In this document: positions 1-10,438 of the stretch, piece after piece
Layout: every line of letters begins with the position of its first letter
Numbering within the stretch: position 1 is the stretch's first letter
Virus record (IMG/VR): IMGVR_UViG_3300035670_000155
Strand: one strand, 5' to 3'
Origin: an uncultured virus (IMG/VR IMGVR_UViG_3300035670_000155)
Taxonomy: Duplodnaviria > Heunggongvirae > Uroviricota > Caudoviricetes
DNA: 64,000 bases
The notes under the pieces: generated by a model
The model's database searches: none
Seen by the model: only the letters and a program-made list of their open reading frames with translations
What the model was told of the DNA's origin: nothing
Translations under genes and position numbers: made by a program

Positions 1-53
1 GATAACTGAGCGTAATTGGGGCGTTAAGCTTGAAAGCAGTTCCTTTGAACACT

Positions 54-440
54 ATGTTGATTGCTTATCGCCCCGACCTCGAAAACCCGCCTCGCGAAGG
101 TGGTCTTGGTGTTATCACTGATGCTGGCATGATCCAGCTCAGTCCAGGGGTAAATTCAGACGTGCCAGAAACCAAATGGGCTCAGGCACGCAACAATGGT
201 ACTGTCAAACGCCTCATGGCAATTGGCGCCATTGAAGAACTGAAGGACACCCCTACGGTGCAGGACATTCCCACAAAGGTGTCCACGCTCGCCCAACTGC
301 CTCTCACTGATGCATTGCGCATGATTGAAATTATGCATGATGAAGATCAGCTCCAAGATTGGAAAAAGGCAGAAGGGCGAGTGCGCATCCGTAACGCCAT
401 TAACAAGCGTCTCGAAGCTATTCGCGCAGGGCAGGTCTGA
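54..440 (+). CDS. hypothetical virion/head-associated protein
   Basis: ORF directly upstream of the head-tail connector; ATG at 54 preferred. Confidence 0.6.
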   Translation: MLIAYRPDLENPPREGGLGVITDAGMIQLSPGVNSDVPETKWAQARNNGTVKRLMAIGAIEELKDTPTVQDIPTKVSTLAQLPLTDALRMIEIMHDEDQLQDWKKAEGRVRIRNAINKRLEAIRAGQV

Positions 441-442
441 TC

Positions 443-757
443 ATGACCGTCACCTACGCCAATTTTCTTGATCGCTTCCCCGAATTCACTCCCCATCCAT
501 CGGGAATCGTGAACGGGGCCATTGACGAGGCAGCAGCAGACGCAAGTGCTGATGTGTTTGGCAATCAAACTGACCGGGCCGTTAAGCATCTTGCTGCTCA
601 CATTATTGCCATTCAGCTCGCTCAAATGGGCATCCAAATTGGAGCCACAGAGGGCAAGGTTTATGGCAAAGGGCTCGAAGCCACTCAATACGGCCAAGAG
701 TTCAAACGAATGCTTGAAACCGTCGCTGGTGCTTCTTCCATTGGTTTCGTCGTATGA
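443..757 (+). CDS. head-tail adaptor (DUF4054-like)
   Basis: FLDRFPEF...HLAAH...TQYGQEF motifs and position. Confidence 0.7.
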   Translation: MTVTYANFLDRFPEFTPHPSGIVNGAIDEAAADASADVFGNQTDRAVKHLAAHIIAIQLAQMGIQIGATEGKVYGKGLEATQYGQEFKRMLETVAGASSIGFVV

Positions 758-1143
758 CCAACGTGCTCGCTCCTCTTGCTAATGCCACTCTGGTTTGGCA
801 AGTTGCATCGGGCTATGTGGTCGAAAGCGGCACCAATAATTATGTGGCTGTCTCTACTGGCGTCACATATTATGCGAGCTTGAAGCAAAAGCAGAACCCA
901 CGGTTTGATTATTTGCTTGGTGCAGATAATACGGCCGTGTACATGGAGGGACGATTGACAGGGCCTTTAGCTCTTTCTGGCATCACTCCTGGCAGTTCTG
1001 CTGCTGCAACAATCAATGGGAGAGAGGGGCGGTTCGAGCTGTTGCCAAACGAGCAAATTGCTGAGCATTATTGGCAATTTCTCGGCACGCCAATCAGAGG
1101 CATTTTTAGACTGGTTGGCAAAGGAAGCGTTCAGAACGTCTGA
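754..1143 (+). CDS. putative head closure/neck protein
   Basis: Position between adaptor and tail tube; ATGA overlap. Confidence 0.5.
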   Translation: MTNVLAPLANATLVWQVASGYVVESGTNNYVAVSTGVTYYASLKQKQNPRFDYLLGADNTAVYMEGRLTGPLALSGITPGSSAAATINGREGRFELLPNEQIAEHYWQFLGTPIRGIFRLVGKGSVQNV

Positions 1144-1181
1144 GGCGCTTAATCACTCTTCTCTCCATTGAGGATTTTCAA

Positions 1182-1760
1182 ATGCTCTATCATCCCACTG
1201 AGCTGGTTAAGAGCCAAGACGTAATTGTGCGCGTTGGCTCGATTGCTGGCACCGCTCGCCCTGTTATCACCCAGAGCGGCGCTACCTTCACTGTTAGCGG
1301 TGCCCCCACCCTCTACACCCTGCAGGCCGCCACGACGGCTTCTGTGGCCTTTAACGACGGCAACACCGAATTCTACCTGCTGGGCGGCGGCGGCTTCTCT
1401 GACAGCGTGATCGTCACCTCTCAGGCCACTGCTTCCATCACTTCTTATTTCCAGAAGGATGTTGACGGCACCGTGTTCCTGCCGAACAGCTTCGACGAAG
1501 CTTTCCAAGTGATTGCGGCTTCGCGCTACGACAAGGACAACGAAGTGTACGTTGAAATTAACAAGCAGCTTGGCGCTAGCGGTACCACTTATTACTACGA
1601 TCGCGTGGCTTACGTGGGTCGCGTGATGAACTATAACGAAAGCTATCCTGCTGACAATCTTGTGGAAGTCACCTTTGACCTCATGAGCCGTGGTCGCATT
1701 GGCATCCACCAGAATGCTGAGGAGACTGGCAGCATCATCCCCACTGCTCCCAATAGCTGA
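1182..1760 (+). CDS. major tail tube protein
   Basis: Strong C-ending codon bias, beta-rich 192 aa, followed by a terminator. Confidence 0.7.
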   Translation: MLYHPTELVKSQDVIVRVGSIAGTARPVITQSGATFTVSGAPTLYTLQAATTASVAFNDGNTEFYLLGGGGFSDSVIVTSQATASITSYFQKDVDGTVFLPNSFDEAFQVIAASRYDKDNEVYVEINKQLGASGTTYYYDRVAYVGRVMNYNESYPADNLVEVTFDLMSRGRIGIHQNAEETGSIIPTAPNS

Positions 1761-1788
1761 TTCTTTCTTTCCCATTGTTTCTTTGCTA

Positions 1789-1814
1789 GCCTGCCTATAC
1801 GGCAGGCTTTTTTA
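1789..1814 (+). terminator. rho-independent terminator
   Basis: GCCTGCC-TATAC-GGCAGGC followed by a T run. Confidence 0.8.
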
Positions 1815-1816
1815 TT

Positions 1817-2224
1817 GTGAACATTGCACAGTTGAGGGAGTCAATTACAACGCTTTTAAGCGCTAGCCCCAATCTCATTGGCTCCTACACTTTTCCCAAT
1901 GGCACCACAGTTCCGGCGGTGTACGTGGTGGGGCAAAAAAGCGTGCCTTCTGAATGGAAGGTGACTGGGCTCGAGGTGACGATGCGCCAATACCCAGAAG
2001 TGCTACCTAGGGCTGGCGTAGGTGTGGTGGATGTGCTGCAACAATGGGAAGTGGTTTTAATGCAATACAATCCTGACGGTTCTGAAATTGCCTCTGCAAT
2101 GGACAGAATGAGTAGGCGTTTTCCTGATGCAGATTTTCGTTATCTGCCCGGCGATGACGTGGCTTATGAGCGTTGTCGCATCATTATTCCTGATAGAGAA
2201 ATTCGGAGGCTCATCACGGCATGA
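1817..2224 (+). CDS. putative tail terminator/completion protein
   Basis: Size and position in the tail module. Confidence 0.5.
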   Translation: MNIAQLRESITTLLSASPNLIGSYTFPNGTTVPAVYVVGQKSVPSEWKVTGLEVTMRQYPEVLPRAGVGVVDVLQQWEVVLMQYNPDGSEIASAMDRMSRRFPDADFRYLPGDDVAYERCRIIIPDREIRRLITA

Positions 2225-2676
2225 CAATTGCTGCTTCGCGAATTATTAACCAGCCCAAGCTTGTGGCCGCGCTGGCAAATGCTTTTGAAACTTGGGCGAA
2301 AGAAGATATTGACCGGGATCATTGGGACAATCAATTTAAGGATATGGGCAGATGGCGCTGGTTTGGAGAAACACGACGCCGCAATGGCGAAACAGTTGGA
2401 AGCCCTAGGGATATCTACGATTTGGGCACGCTGCATGAAAGCAAGGAATATTCTTTTTCCAAGAACAGTTCCAAAGCAGAAGCTAGTTGGCACTGGGGGG
2501 CGGTCAATTCGTCAGGGCAAGAATATGCCTACTACGTTCACTACGGAACAAGGCTCACAAGAGCACGTCCCTTTACCAATGACATTGCCATTGCATCCTC
2601 TTTTCTTAGAAAGGCTCCGGGCATGGCGCTAGTTAAACAAATGCAAGCAGCTCTAGGCTCGCTCTATGCAAATTGA
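2221..2676 (+). CDS. tail completion protein (HK97 gp10-like)
   Basis: RDIYDLGTL...YAYYVHYGT...ARPF motif. Confidence 0.6.
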   Translation: MTIAASRIINQPKLVAALANAFETWAKEDIDRDHWDNQFKDMGRWRWFGETRRRNGETVGSPRDIYDLGTLHESKEYSFSKNSSKAEASWHWGAVNSSGQEYAYYVHYGTRLTRARPFTNDIAIASSFLRKAPGMALVKQMQAALGSLYAN

Positions 2677-2923
2677 CCTTCTGACAAGCGAAGATAGCAG
2701 GGTGCATGCCATCAATTGCACTGTTCAGCAATCGGCAATGGAAGTGGGTATTCTTTGTCTTATTTCCTGCAATGAGACCAGCACTAGAATCTGCAATGAA
2801 AATCACGCTTTTTTGGTAGAGCTTCCTCAAGAGGTGCGCTCTAGTCATGAGAGAGTGAAAGCCTTTAACGTTGTTCTTAACATTCTTCGCCATGAGCAAA
2901 TACAGCTTCCTTCTCGGAACTAA
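2666..2923 (+). CDS. hypothetical protein
   Basis: ORF overlapping both neighbours in the operon. Confidence 0.5.
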   Translation: MQIDLLTSEDSRVHAINCTVQQSAMEVGILCLISCNETSTRICNENHAFLVELPQEVRSSHERVKAFNVVLNILRHEQIQLPSRN

Positions 2924-3440
2924 GGCAACTGATTACTTTGAGCTGCTGCCTGACATTCGCATGAAGAAATATGACGGGTGGCTGGTTGCAGAAGCGATTG
3001 AGCAAGAGGAAATTAGCAAACTACAGAGCCAGGCGACGATTCGTGCCGTGCAACTGGCAAAACGCATTGCCACCGCCAAGGACATCCCCCTTGACGAGGC
3101 CTTTAGCTTGTTGCAGGGCGGAGGGGCCATCACCGAGGCCGAACTGCTGTCCGACTTCACTGAAGAGACCCTGGACATGATCACCAGTGGCACGTCAGTG
3201 GAAGCCACAAATGCTCGCATGGTCACTGCATTCATTCGTTCACGAGGACAAGGCTTGATTGATGGCGAATGGCAAGACTTGGCCGACTGGGACATTGAAG
3301 ACACCAAAGGACTGCCTCGGGCGATCATCGCAAAAGTGGTTGAATTCATCTCCGCAGAGCAAGAAGCCGAGGTCAAGGAGGCGAGCAATGCAGCAAAAAA
3401 AGCTCCAAAGAGGAATTCTCCTCAACCGCCGAGCGCCTAG
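2892..3440 (+). CDS. tail assembly chaperone (gpG-like)
   Basis: Upstream of the tape measure gene; slippery A7 run near the 3' end. Confidence 0.75.
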   Translation: MSKYSFLLGTKATDYFELLPDIRMKKYDGWLVAEAIEQEEISKLQSQATIRAVQLAKRIATAKDIPLDEAFSLLQGGGAITEAELLSDFTEETLDMITSGTSVEATNARMVTAFIRSRGQGLIDGEWQDLADWDIEDTKGLPRAIIAKVVEFISAEQEAEVKEASNAAKKAPKRNSPQPPSA

Positions 3441-3865
3441 AGCACGAAGCAAGGCTGTTCCTGAAGAATCTCACCAATTGGGACGAGCTTTATTTTCGCC
3501 TTGTCTCTTCTGATTTCAAGGATGAACGATGGACTGCGGCAAACTTTGCCAAACAGCCAGTCGTGGACGTGAAGGCAGCATTGAAATATTTAGAAAAGCA
3601 TGATATTGCTAAGCACAATATCAACAGCATTGCCATAGCCAAGCTTGGCACGATGGTCGCCGGGATGATGGCTGGCAAGAAGAGTCAAGTGAAGCCGGCC
3701 GACTTTCTGCCGTTTGATACAAAACTTATCGAAAAAGAGCAGGGGATCACGCCGCAAAGCCTTGCCGTTCTCCATCGTCTACTTAAAACCAAAAGAATGG
3801 ACGGTCGAGTTGTCGGCATGCTTGCCGACGAGATCAAAACTGCATCAATGCGTGAGCAAGCTTGA
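3395..3865 (+). CDS. -1 frameshift extension of the tail assembly chaperone (gpGT-like)
   Basis: A-AAA-AAA at 3395-3401; the -1 frame is open to the stop at 3865. Confidence 0.75.
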   Translation, partial: KKSSKEEFSSTAERLEHEARLFLKNLTNWDELYFRLVSSDFKDERWTAANFAKQPVVDVKAALKYLEKHDIAKHNINSIAIAKLGTMVAGMMAGKKSQVKPADFLPFDTKLIEKEQGITPQSLAVLHRLLKTKRMDGRVVGMLADEIKTASMREQA

Positions 3866-3903
3866 CATTGGCTACAATGCAAAATAATAGTGCTTGAAAT
3901 ACA

Positions 3904-6900
3904 ATGGCAGCGGGCGCAGGTGATGTTCGTCTTCAGCTCGGCGTCACGCTTGACCTGGCTAGTTTTAGACAGCAACTGGCCGCAGCATCGCGAGCTGCAG
4001 CCTCGTTTTCGTATCCCATTAATTTTGATAAAATAGGCATTGATCGACAATTTGCGGCGCTTGATAGGCAGTTTAGGAGGAAAAATTACAGGCTAGAAGT
4101 TGCAACAAATATTAAGGCTGAAACTGAAAACGCAAAGGTTTTGGCCAAGGCGCTCGCGGAGCTAGGAAAAGCCGGTCAACAGGTAAAAGGGGTAGCAGGT
4201 CGGACTGCCGCTGGCGCCGAAGCAAGTACTGTGGACGCCGCCAAGTTTCAGGCAATGGTCAACAGGGCGACCAAGCCCGCACTGGAAGCCCTTTACCAAG
4301 GAATGGCAAAGGCAAAAATCCCCATGGGGGAAGTGGGAGGTCGCACTGTTGACGAATTGAAAAAATCTATCATCAGCGGCATTCCCGGTCTTACGCAGGA
4401 TATTGCCAGCGGAATGACAAAGGGTCTCGAGGGGCTTAGAGAAAGTGGGCGCAAGGGTGCAAAATTTGTCATCGATTCTTTCAAGGACGCCGCAGGCATC
4501 GCTTCTCCTTCTAAGGTTTTCAAGCAACTTGGCCAATTCAGCGCTGAAGGCTTGGAAGACGGATTTCTTGAAGGTTTGAGGGACTTCAAAGGCAAAGCCG
4601 TTTCTGAAATTAGAAAAATTGTTGCGTTAATGCGCATGAAACTAGCAATGCTTGGCGGTGCTGCTAGTAGTGCTGTGGCCGTTGCTGGCGGCGGTGTTCG
4701 AGGGGCCGGCAGGGGCGGCACACAATACATGAGCCCGATTGGGCCGCTGCCACATGGCAGCCGAGAGCCATGGGCCTATAACCAAGGCGCGTACAGGTAT
4801 GAACCTTATATGGCGCAGCCAGGGCAGTTCCGGGGCGCTGGCATTCAATCTATGGTATCGCGCCATCCTTTTGCTCCCATGCCAGGAGTGAGAGCTACGA
4901 CCGAACTGCCAAGCATGTTTGGAACGGCAAGACCAGCGCTGCCTGCTGCTGGCATGAGTAGTGCTGCTGGCATGAGGCAAGCGGAATTGTTTGCTCGCGA
5001 GGCGGCCGCCCGCGCGCGTTCTGCCGAGAGAAGTGCGGCAGTCATGAGGGAAAGCGCTATAGCCTCTCGCGTGTCTGGGCAGATACCTTTGGGTCGAGGT
5101 GGGTTCCCACAGCTTCCAAGCGGCACTGGAGGGGCGCTTGCTTTGCGAGGTGTTGGAGGGGGCGGCGGTCGCGGCACTGGAGGAGGGGGCGGTGTGTTCG
5201 GCCGTGGGGCCGGTTTTTTTGGAGACGCATCAGGCAGCTTAAACCTTCCCGGCCAAGGAGTCATTCGGGAACTTGGGGAGGAATTTGGCTTTGCGGCAAA
5301 ACAAGTGTTGCTATTTGGCACGGCTTACAAGGCTCTTGCGTTTGCTCAAAATTTCCCTGCTCAAGTGGCAGAAGCAGTGAGTCAATTACAAAGTTTTAGA
5401 AATACATTGGCCGCGATTTCGCCAACCGCGCAGGAAGCCGTTGCTTCCAATAGCCTAATTTTGTCCTTGGTCGAAAGATACAATATTCCGCTTCAATCAG
5501 CTCGCGATGGTTTCACAAAACTTTACGCATCTATGCAACCCGCAGGATTTAGCGGGGAGCAAATTCGCGATCTATTTACTGGTGTTAGCAAGGCCGCCGC
5601 TACTTTCGGAATGAGCGCAGACAAGGTTGATCGTGTTAATTATGCCTTTGCACAAATGGCAAGCAAGGGACAGGTGATGAGCGAAGAACTGAAAGGCCAG
5701 TTGGGCGACGTCTTGCCGGGGGCAATGGCAATCTTTGCGCAAGCAGCAGGGTTCAAAGGGGAGCAGGCTATTAGTAAATTTTCTGCCGCATTGGAAGATG
5801 GCCGATATAAGGGTTCGGCAATGATAGAGCTATTAAATAATGTCACTATTGTTTTGAACCAAAAGTTCAGCCGAGGTGCAGAGGGTGCGGCGAAGACGTT
5901 CCAGGGCGCAATGAATAACATGCAAACAACCTTCAAAAGTTTTTACGAAACTTTTGAACCCGTTGCCGCTGGATTTTTGAATGGCGTTGTGACGCCAATG
6001 ATGGAAGGAGTGAAGACAATCACTGATGGACTAAATGCTTTTTTCAATGGCACAAGAGCGCAAACCGCCGGAGGGTTTGCCCTTGCGCAGGAGCTGGAAA
6101 AGCTACGGCCTAGCTTTGATGGCATCAAGAAAAATGCAACGGATTTAATTGCGGTTTTTGGTCAATTTGCCAAAATTGCCCTTGACTTGAGCCGCGTATT
6201 GCTGGAAATTGCCGGCAATCCTATTGCGGGTTATTTGCTCAAGATTTATGCAATCATGGTGCCGATAAACATGGCGCTAAATGTCATGAAGGGATTGTGG
6301 GCGTTAAATAGCATTCAATTGTTGCTATTCAATGCAAGGATTGCTACTGGCACCGCAACATTAACTGCATTCCGTGGCATGATGGCGGCGACGGGGGCGA
6401 CTGCCGCCACCACAGCGGCCTCCATTAGAACTGCTGGTGTTACCCTGCGAACTTTTTTCGCGACAACTGGCGTTGGCCTAGTTGTTGCGGGTATCAGCAT
6501 TTTGATTGAACAATTTTTCACCTTAGAGCAAAAATTGGCGGCCGTTAAGGAGAAGGCTCTAGGGGCCGCTCAGGCCATCAGAGGAATGTCAGCCACGGAA
6601 GCAAGGGCGGAAGAGCAGCGCAGCGTTCGTGCCATGAAGATTTTGGAAGGACTGGGGAAACGAGCGCCGTTGTACGCGGGAAGCGATCGAGTGGGTCTTA
6701 CAGAGCCTGAGGCACAGCTTTTAGAGAGCATGGGTATTCCGGTGCCAAAGGGGCTCGGAGGCGGTCGATCATTGCCGCAAACTTCAATTGCCGGCTATCA
6801 ACAGCGGATAGAAAGCGTTAATTTGGCAGAATCAAGAGCGCGTCAAAATCAAATTAAATTTGAGGAACAACAGCAGAATCGCGACATTCAATTTACAGAA

Positions 6901-8094
6901 ATACAGGGAGGAGGCGGAGATGGAGGGCCTTCCAGGGCAAGCCAGGCAGCAGCTCGGGCCGCTGAACGCGCCGCGCTAGAAGCCCAAAGACTGCAAGCGG
7001 TTGAAAGGCAATTAAGCGAAGAACTTCGCATTCGCCGGAGGACCCTACAAATTGATGAAAACATTGCTGCGGCGAGAGCTGATCAAGACGACGAAAGGAT
7101 GGCAGAGCTTGAGTCTGACAAACGTATATTGGACATTGGCATTCGCCGTGCCAAGATTCAAAAAGATTTTGATGCCAAAAGAATTAAAGCGGCAGAATAC
7201 CAACTGCGTTTGCAACTTTTGGAAATTGACAAAATTGAAGAGCAGAAAAAATATGAAGAAGATTTGAATAAAATCTTTAAGGAGCGCTTCGGAATTACTG
7301 ATCCAGTCGCAAGAGCAGCTCGCGAGGCAAGAGAAAAAAGTTTTGGCTTTGGCATGGGGGCCGGAGCGTTCAGGACCGACATTGACTTGATGCCAGGCCT
7401 AACGGGCGGAATCTTGGGCGAAAGAAGGGAGGAGCTAAGTAAGGAATTGTCCGCATTGCTGAATCCCGTTAATCAGCTTGTGGAGGCCGCAAACAATGTC
7501 GGAAAGGCATTTGGAGAAGCTTTCAAGGGAATGGTCAATGGCTCAATGACGGCTCAGCAAGCACTGGCAAGCTTCTTTCAGAGCGTTGGGGATTATTTCT
7601 TGGACATGGCGTCAAGAATGATCGCGAAATGGATAGAAATGCAAATTATCGGGCTAGCAAAGAGCTTGCTTCCGGGTGGTAGCACTATTTTTCCCAATGG
7701 CGTGTCCAACTTTAGCGGGGCTTTTGGGCCTAGCGGTCCAGTTTTCCAGCCAGGCGCCTTCGCTGCCAATGGTGCCGTATGGCAGGGTGGATTTACGCCC
7801 TTTGCTAATGGCGGCGTTGTCACTGGCCCTACGCTTGGCCTTGTTGGCGAAGGCCGCTTTAACGAAGCAATTGTTCCTCTTCCCAATGGCAAAAGCATTC
7901 CAGTGGAGCTTGGCGATGGAGCAGGCAGCAACATTTCTACTAACATTGTTATCAATGTCGGCAATGGTCAAGCTCAAAGCAGCATGACAGGCGGCGGCGC
8001 TTCCGATTTGGGACGCAAAATGGAAGGAGCAGTGAAGCAAGTGATCGTAAATGAGCTGCGTCCTGGCGGCCTTCTTTCTGGAGGCCGTCGATGA
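3904..8094 (+). CDS. tape measure protein
   Basis: 1396 aa, Ala/Gly-rich; tape-measure domain (QMASKGQVMSEELKGQLGD); C-terminal FANGGVVTGPT...GEGRFNEAIVPL. Confidence 0.95.
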   Translation: MAAGAGDVRLQLGVTLDLASFRQQLAAASRAAASFSYPINFDKIGIDRQFAALDRQFRRKNYRLEVATNIKAETENAKVLAKALAELGKAGQQVKGVAGRTAAGAEASTVDAAKFQAMVNRATKPALEALYQGMAKAKIPMGEVGGRTVDELKKSIISGIPGLTQDIASGMTKGLEGLRESGRKGAKFVIDSFKDAAGIASPSKVFKQLGQFSAEGLEDGFLEGLRDFKGKAVSEIRKIVALMRMKLAMLGGAASSAVAVAGGGVRGAGRGGTQYMSPIGPLPHGSREPWAYNQGAYRYEPYMAQPGQFRGAGIQSMVSRHPFAPMPGVRATTELPSMFGTARPALPAAGMSSAAGMRQAELFAREAAARARSAERSAAVMRESAIASRVSGQIPLGRGGFPQLPSGTGGALALRGVGGGGGRGTGGGGGVFGRGAGFFGDASGSLNLPGQGVIRELGEEFGFAAKQVLLFGTAYKALAFAQNFPAQVAEAVSQLQSFRNTLAAISPTAQEAVASNSLILSLVERYNIPLQSARDGFTKLYASMQPAGFSGEQIRDLFTGVSKAAATFGMSADKVDRVNYAFAQMASKGQVMSEELKGQLGDVLPGAMAIFAQAAGFKGEQAISKFSAALEDGRYKGSAMIELLNNVTIVLNQKFSRGAEGAAKTFQGAMNNMQTTFKSFYETFEPVAAGFLNGVVTPMMEGVKTITDGLNAFFNGTRAQTAGGFALAQELEKLRPSFDGIKKNATDLIAVFGQFAKIALDLSRVLLEIAGNPIAGYLLKIYAIMVPINMALNVMKGLWALNSIQLLLFNARIATGTATLTAFRGMMAATGATAATTAASIRTAGVTLRTFFATTGVGLVVAGISILIEQFFTLEQKLAAVKEKALGAAQAIRGMSATEARAEEQRSVRAMKILEGLGKRAPLYAGSDRVGLTEPEAQLLESMGIPVPKGLGGGRSLPQTSIAGYQQRIESVNLAESRARQNQIKFEEQQQNRDIQFTEIQGGGGDGGPSRASQAAARAAERAALEAQRLQAVERQLSEELRIRRRTLQIDENIAAARADQDDERMAELESDKRILDIGIRRAKIQKDFDAKRIKAAEYQLRLQLLEIDKIEEQKKYEEDLNKIFKERFGITDPVARAAREAREKSFGFGMGAGAFRTDIDLMPGLTGGILGERREELSKELSALLNPVNQLVEAANNVGKAFGEAFKGMVNGSMTAQQALASFFQSVGDYFLDMASRMIAKWIEMQIIGLAKSLLPGGSTIFPNGVSNFSGAFGPSGPVFQPGAFAANGAVWQGGFTPFANGGVVTGPTLGLVGEGRFNEAIVPLPNGKSIPVELGDGAGSNISTNIVINVGNGQAQSSMTGGGASDLGRKMEGAVKQVIVNELRPGGLLSGGRR

Positions 8095-8444
8095 CCCAGC
8101 CAACTTTTGCTTTGCCTTGTCAATACAATTTGACCGTGCAGCGTGGTGTGCGAACAAAGCGCGTGCAGTTTGGCGATGGCTATGAGCAAGTGAGTCCTGA
8201 GCAATTGAACGATGACATGCGCTCTTATGACGTGGAGACGGCTCCTATTTCCGACTCCATTGCTATTGCTCTTGATTCTCAACTTGCCGCGCTGAAGGGA
8301 GATTTTTTCTATTCGCAATTCTTCATGGATGCTCAAAAACATAAATATCGTTTGGAGCCGAATCAATGGAGATGGCAAGTGATTGGTCCTAACAGCAATG
8401 TGTTTTCGTTCTCTGTAAGGAGGATTTATGACCCTAGAAGCTGA
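8091..8444 (+). CDS. minor tail protein (lambda gpM-like)
   Basis: VQFGDGYEQ motif after the tape measure gene. Confidence 0.85.
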   Translation: MTQPTFALPCQYNLTVQRGVRTKRVQFGDGYEQVSPEQLNDDMRSYDVETAPISDSIAIALDSQLAALKGDFFYSQFFMDAQKHKYRLEPNQWRWQVIGPNSNVFSFSVRRIYDPRS

Positions 8445-9111
8445 AGTACAGCAGGGATGGCATGATGTCATCGTGGAAATGTTCGACCTTGACCTGGAGC
8501 CAATTACTGGCGACGTGAATGATAAATTTTATTTCACTAATCAGCTAAAGCCTGATAGCAGCAAGATTCAATGGAAGGGAAATATTTATGAGCCATTGCC
8601 TATCATTTCAAGCGGCTATGAAAAGAATACCACGGGGCAAATTGCTCAGCCATCGCTGACCGTTGCCAATATTATGGGCACTTTCACGCAAGTGATTGAT
8701 AGCCTAGACGATTTGGTGGGGGCCAAAGTAACAAGGCGACGCACGTTCGGCAAGTATCTCGATGGAGAGGCAACTGCTGACCCCACTCAGGAGTTCCCCA
8801 TTGACATCTTTTTCATTGAGCGCAAGTCTGCCGAAAATGCTTTGAGTATCACTTGGCAACTTGCGAGCATTTTTGATCTTGAAGGGCTGATGCTGCCTCG
8901 TCGCATTGTCACGCAAAATTATTGCCAATGGAAATACAGGAGCAGTGAATGCGGCTATACTGGCGGCGCAGTCGCGAAGGCCGACGACACTCCCACTAGT
9001 GACATCGACGAAGATGTGTGCGGCAAGCGAGTGAGTAGCTGTCAGCTAAGATTTGCCAACACCTCACTGCCTTTTGGCGGATTTCCTGGTGCCATTCAAG
9101 GGCGACAATGA
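8428..9111 (+). CDS. minor tail protein (lambda gpL-like)
   Basis: CQWKYRSSECGY...CGKRVSSC...FGGFPG. Confidence 0.9.
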   Translation: MTLEAEVQQGWHDVIVEMFDLDLEPITGDVNDKFYFTNQLKPDSSKIQWKGNIYEPLPIISSGYEKNTTGQIAQPSLTVANIMGTFTQVIDSLDDLVGAKVTRRRTFGKYLDGEATADPTQEFPIDIFFIERKSAENALSITWQLASIFDLEGLMLPRRIVTQNYCQWKYRSSECGYTGGAVAKADDTPTSDIDEDVCGKRVSSCQLRFANTSLPFGGFPGAIQGRQ

Positions 9112-9821
9112 CCTGGCAAGCTCTCAAGCCCCAAATGGCCGCGCATGCCCAAAAGCATCCAGATCGGGAAGTGTGTGGCATTATTGCAGGCGGCCAGTAC
9201 TGGCCTTGCAGAAATGCCCATTCTTCCCCATCGCAGCATTTTGCCATTACGGCAGAAGATTATGCTCGGTTTGATCCGCTTGGCATTGAAGCCATTTTCC
9301 ATAGTCATTTGTTCTTTTCAGAAGATAAATTTAGCAGACATGATATTGTTTCGTGCAAGCAAGTGAATGTGCCTTGGGTGATGTATTGCGTGCCTGCAAA
9401 TTCCTGGCACTATATGGACCCCACTGGCAACGCTCCGCTGCTTGAGCGGCCATGGCTTTATGGCATTTATGACTGCTATGGACTGCTGCGAGACTACTAT
9501 CGCAAGGAGCTGGGCATCGAGCTTGACGACTATGGGCGAGGGGAAGAGTTTGAATGGAAGAGCAGCGAATGGCGCATGTTCGAGAAGAATTTTAGAGGGC
9601 AAGGTTTTGTGGAAGTGGGAGGCGATGAGATCAAGAGGGGAGACATGCTACTAATGCAGCTACAAGCGGATTTCCCTAATCATGTGGGAGTAATGCATAG
9701 TCCCGAGCAAAATGTATTTTACCAGCACCTTCTTGATAGACTGTCCGAAGCCAGTATTTATGGTGGCTATTGGCGCAAGAACACAGTTAAAGTTTTGCGG
9801 CATCGGGAGCTGTTTCAATGA
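9108..9821 (+). CDS. tail assembly protein (lambda gpK-like, JAB + NlpC/P60)
   Basis: EVCG...HSH JAB motif; DCYGL...NHVGV NlpC/P60 motif. Confidence 0.9.
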   Translation: MTWQALKPQMAAHAQKHPDREVCGIIAGGQYWPCRNAHSSPSQHFAITAEDYARFDPLGIEAIFHSHLFFSEDKFSRHDIVSCKQVNVPWVMYCVPANSWHYMDPTGNAPLLERPWLYGIYDCYGLLRDYYRKELGIELDDYGRGEEFEWKSSEWRMFEKNFRGQGFVEVGGDEIKRGDMLLMQLQADFPNHVGVMHSPEQNVFYQHLLDRLSEASIYGGYWRKNTVKVLRHRELFQ

Positions 9822-10438
9822 AAATGATTGAAGTGAAGCTCTTGGGTGAGCTTGGTCGAAAATTCGGCAGGAGCTTTCGGTTTGCTGCTGAATCACCCAG
9901 GGAAGTGATGTCAGCATTGACAAATCAGCTTGCGGGATTCAAGGAATACATGGTGACAGCGCATGAACGGGGCGTGGCATTCAAAGTGGTAAATCGCGAT
10001 CCGGAGGGGATGGACTATGACAATTTGTTTATGCCATGCGACCGCATGATTATTGCCCCCATTGTTAGCGGCAGTGGCGATGTGGGAAAAATCTTAATTG
10101 GCGTGGCCATGGTTGCATTAGCCTTTGTTTCGTTTGGTGGTAGCGTTGCTGCAGGCAGTGCGTTTGCTGGCTTTGCCGCTGGTAAAGGTTTTGCTCTCGG
10201 CAGTGGTATTTTGTTTTCACTGGGAACGACCATGCTTCTCACGGGCATAGCTGGTCTGCTTACGCCACAGCCAAGCAACGCCATGAACGATACAGAGCGC
10301 AAAGAAAGCTTTTTGTTTGATAGAGCCGCAGAACTGACTGTTCAAGGCAGTCCTGTGCCAATTTTGTATGGACGTTTTTTGGCCGCTTCCCCATTGGTCA
10401 TTTCAGCTTCCCTTACCACCCAGCAGGTGCCAGTCTGA
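9818..10438 (+). CDS. tail assembly protein (lambda gpI-like)
   Basis: LLGELGRKFG N-terminus; QGSPVPILYG C-terminus. Confidence 0.9.
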   Translation: MKMIEVKLLGELGRKFGRSFRFAAESPREVMSALTNQLAGFKEYMVTAHERGVAFKVVNRDPEGMDYDNLFMPCDRMIIAPIVSGSGDVGKILIGVAMVALAFVSFGGSVAAGSAFAGFAAGKGFALGSGILFSLGTTMLLTGIAGLLTPQPSNAMNDTERKESFLFDRAAELTVQGSPVPILYGRFLAASPLVISASLTTQQVPV

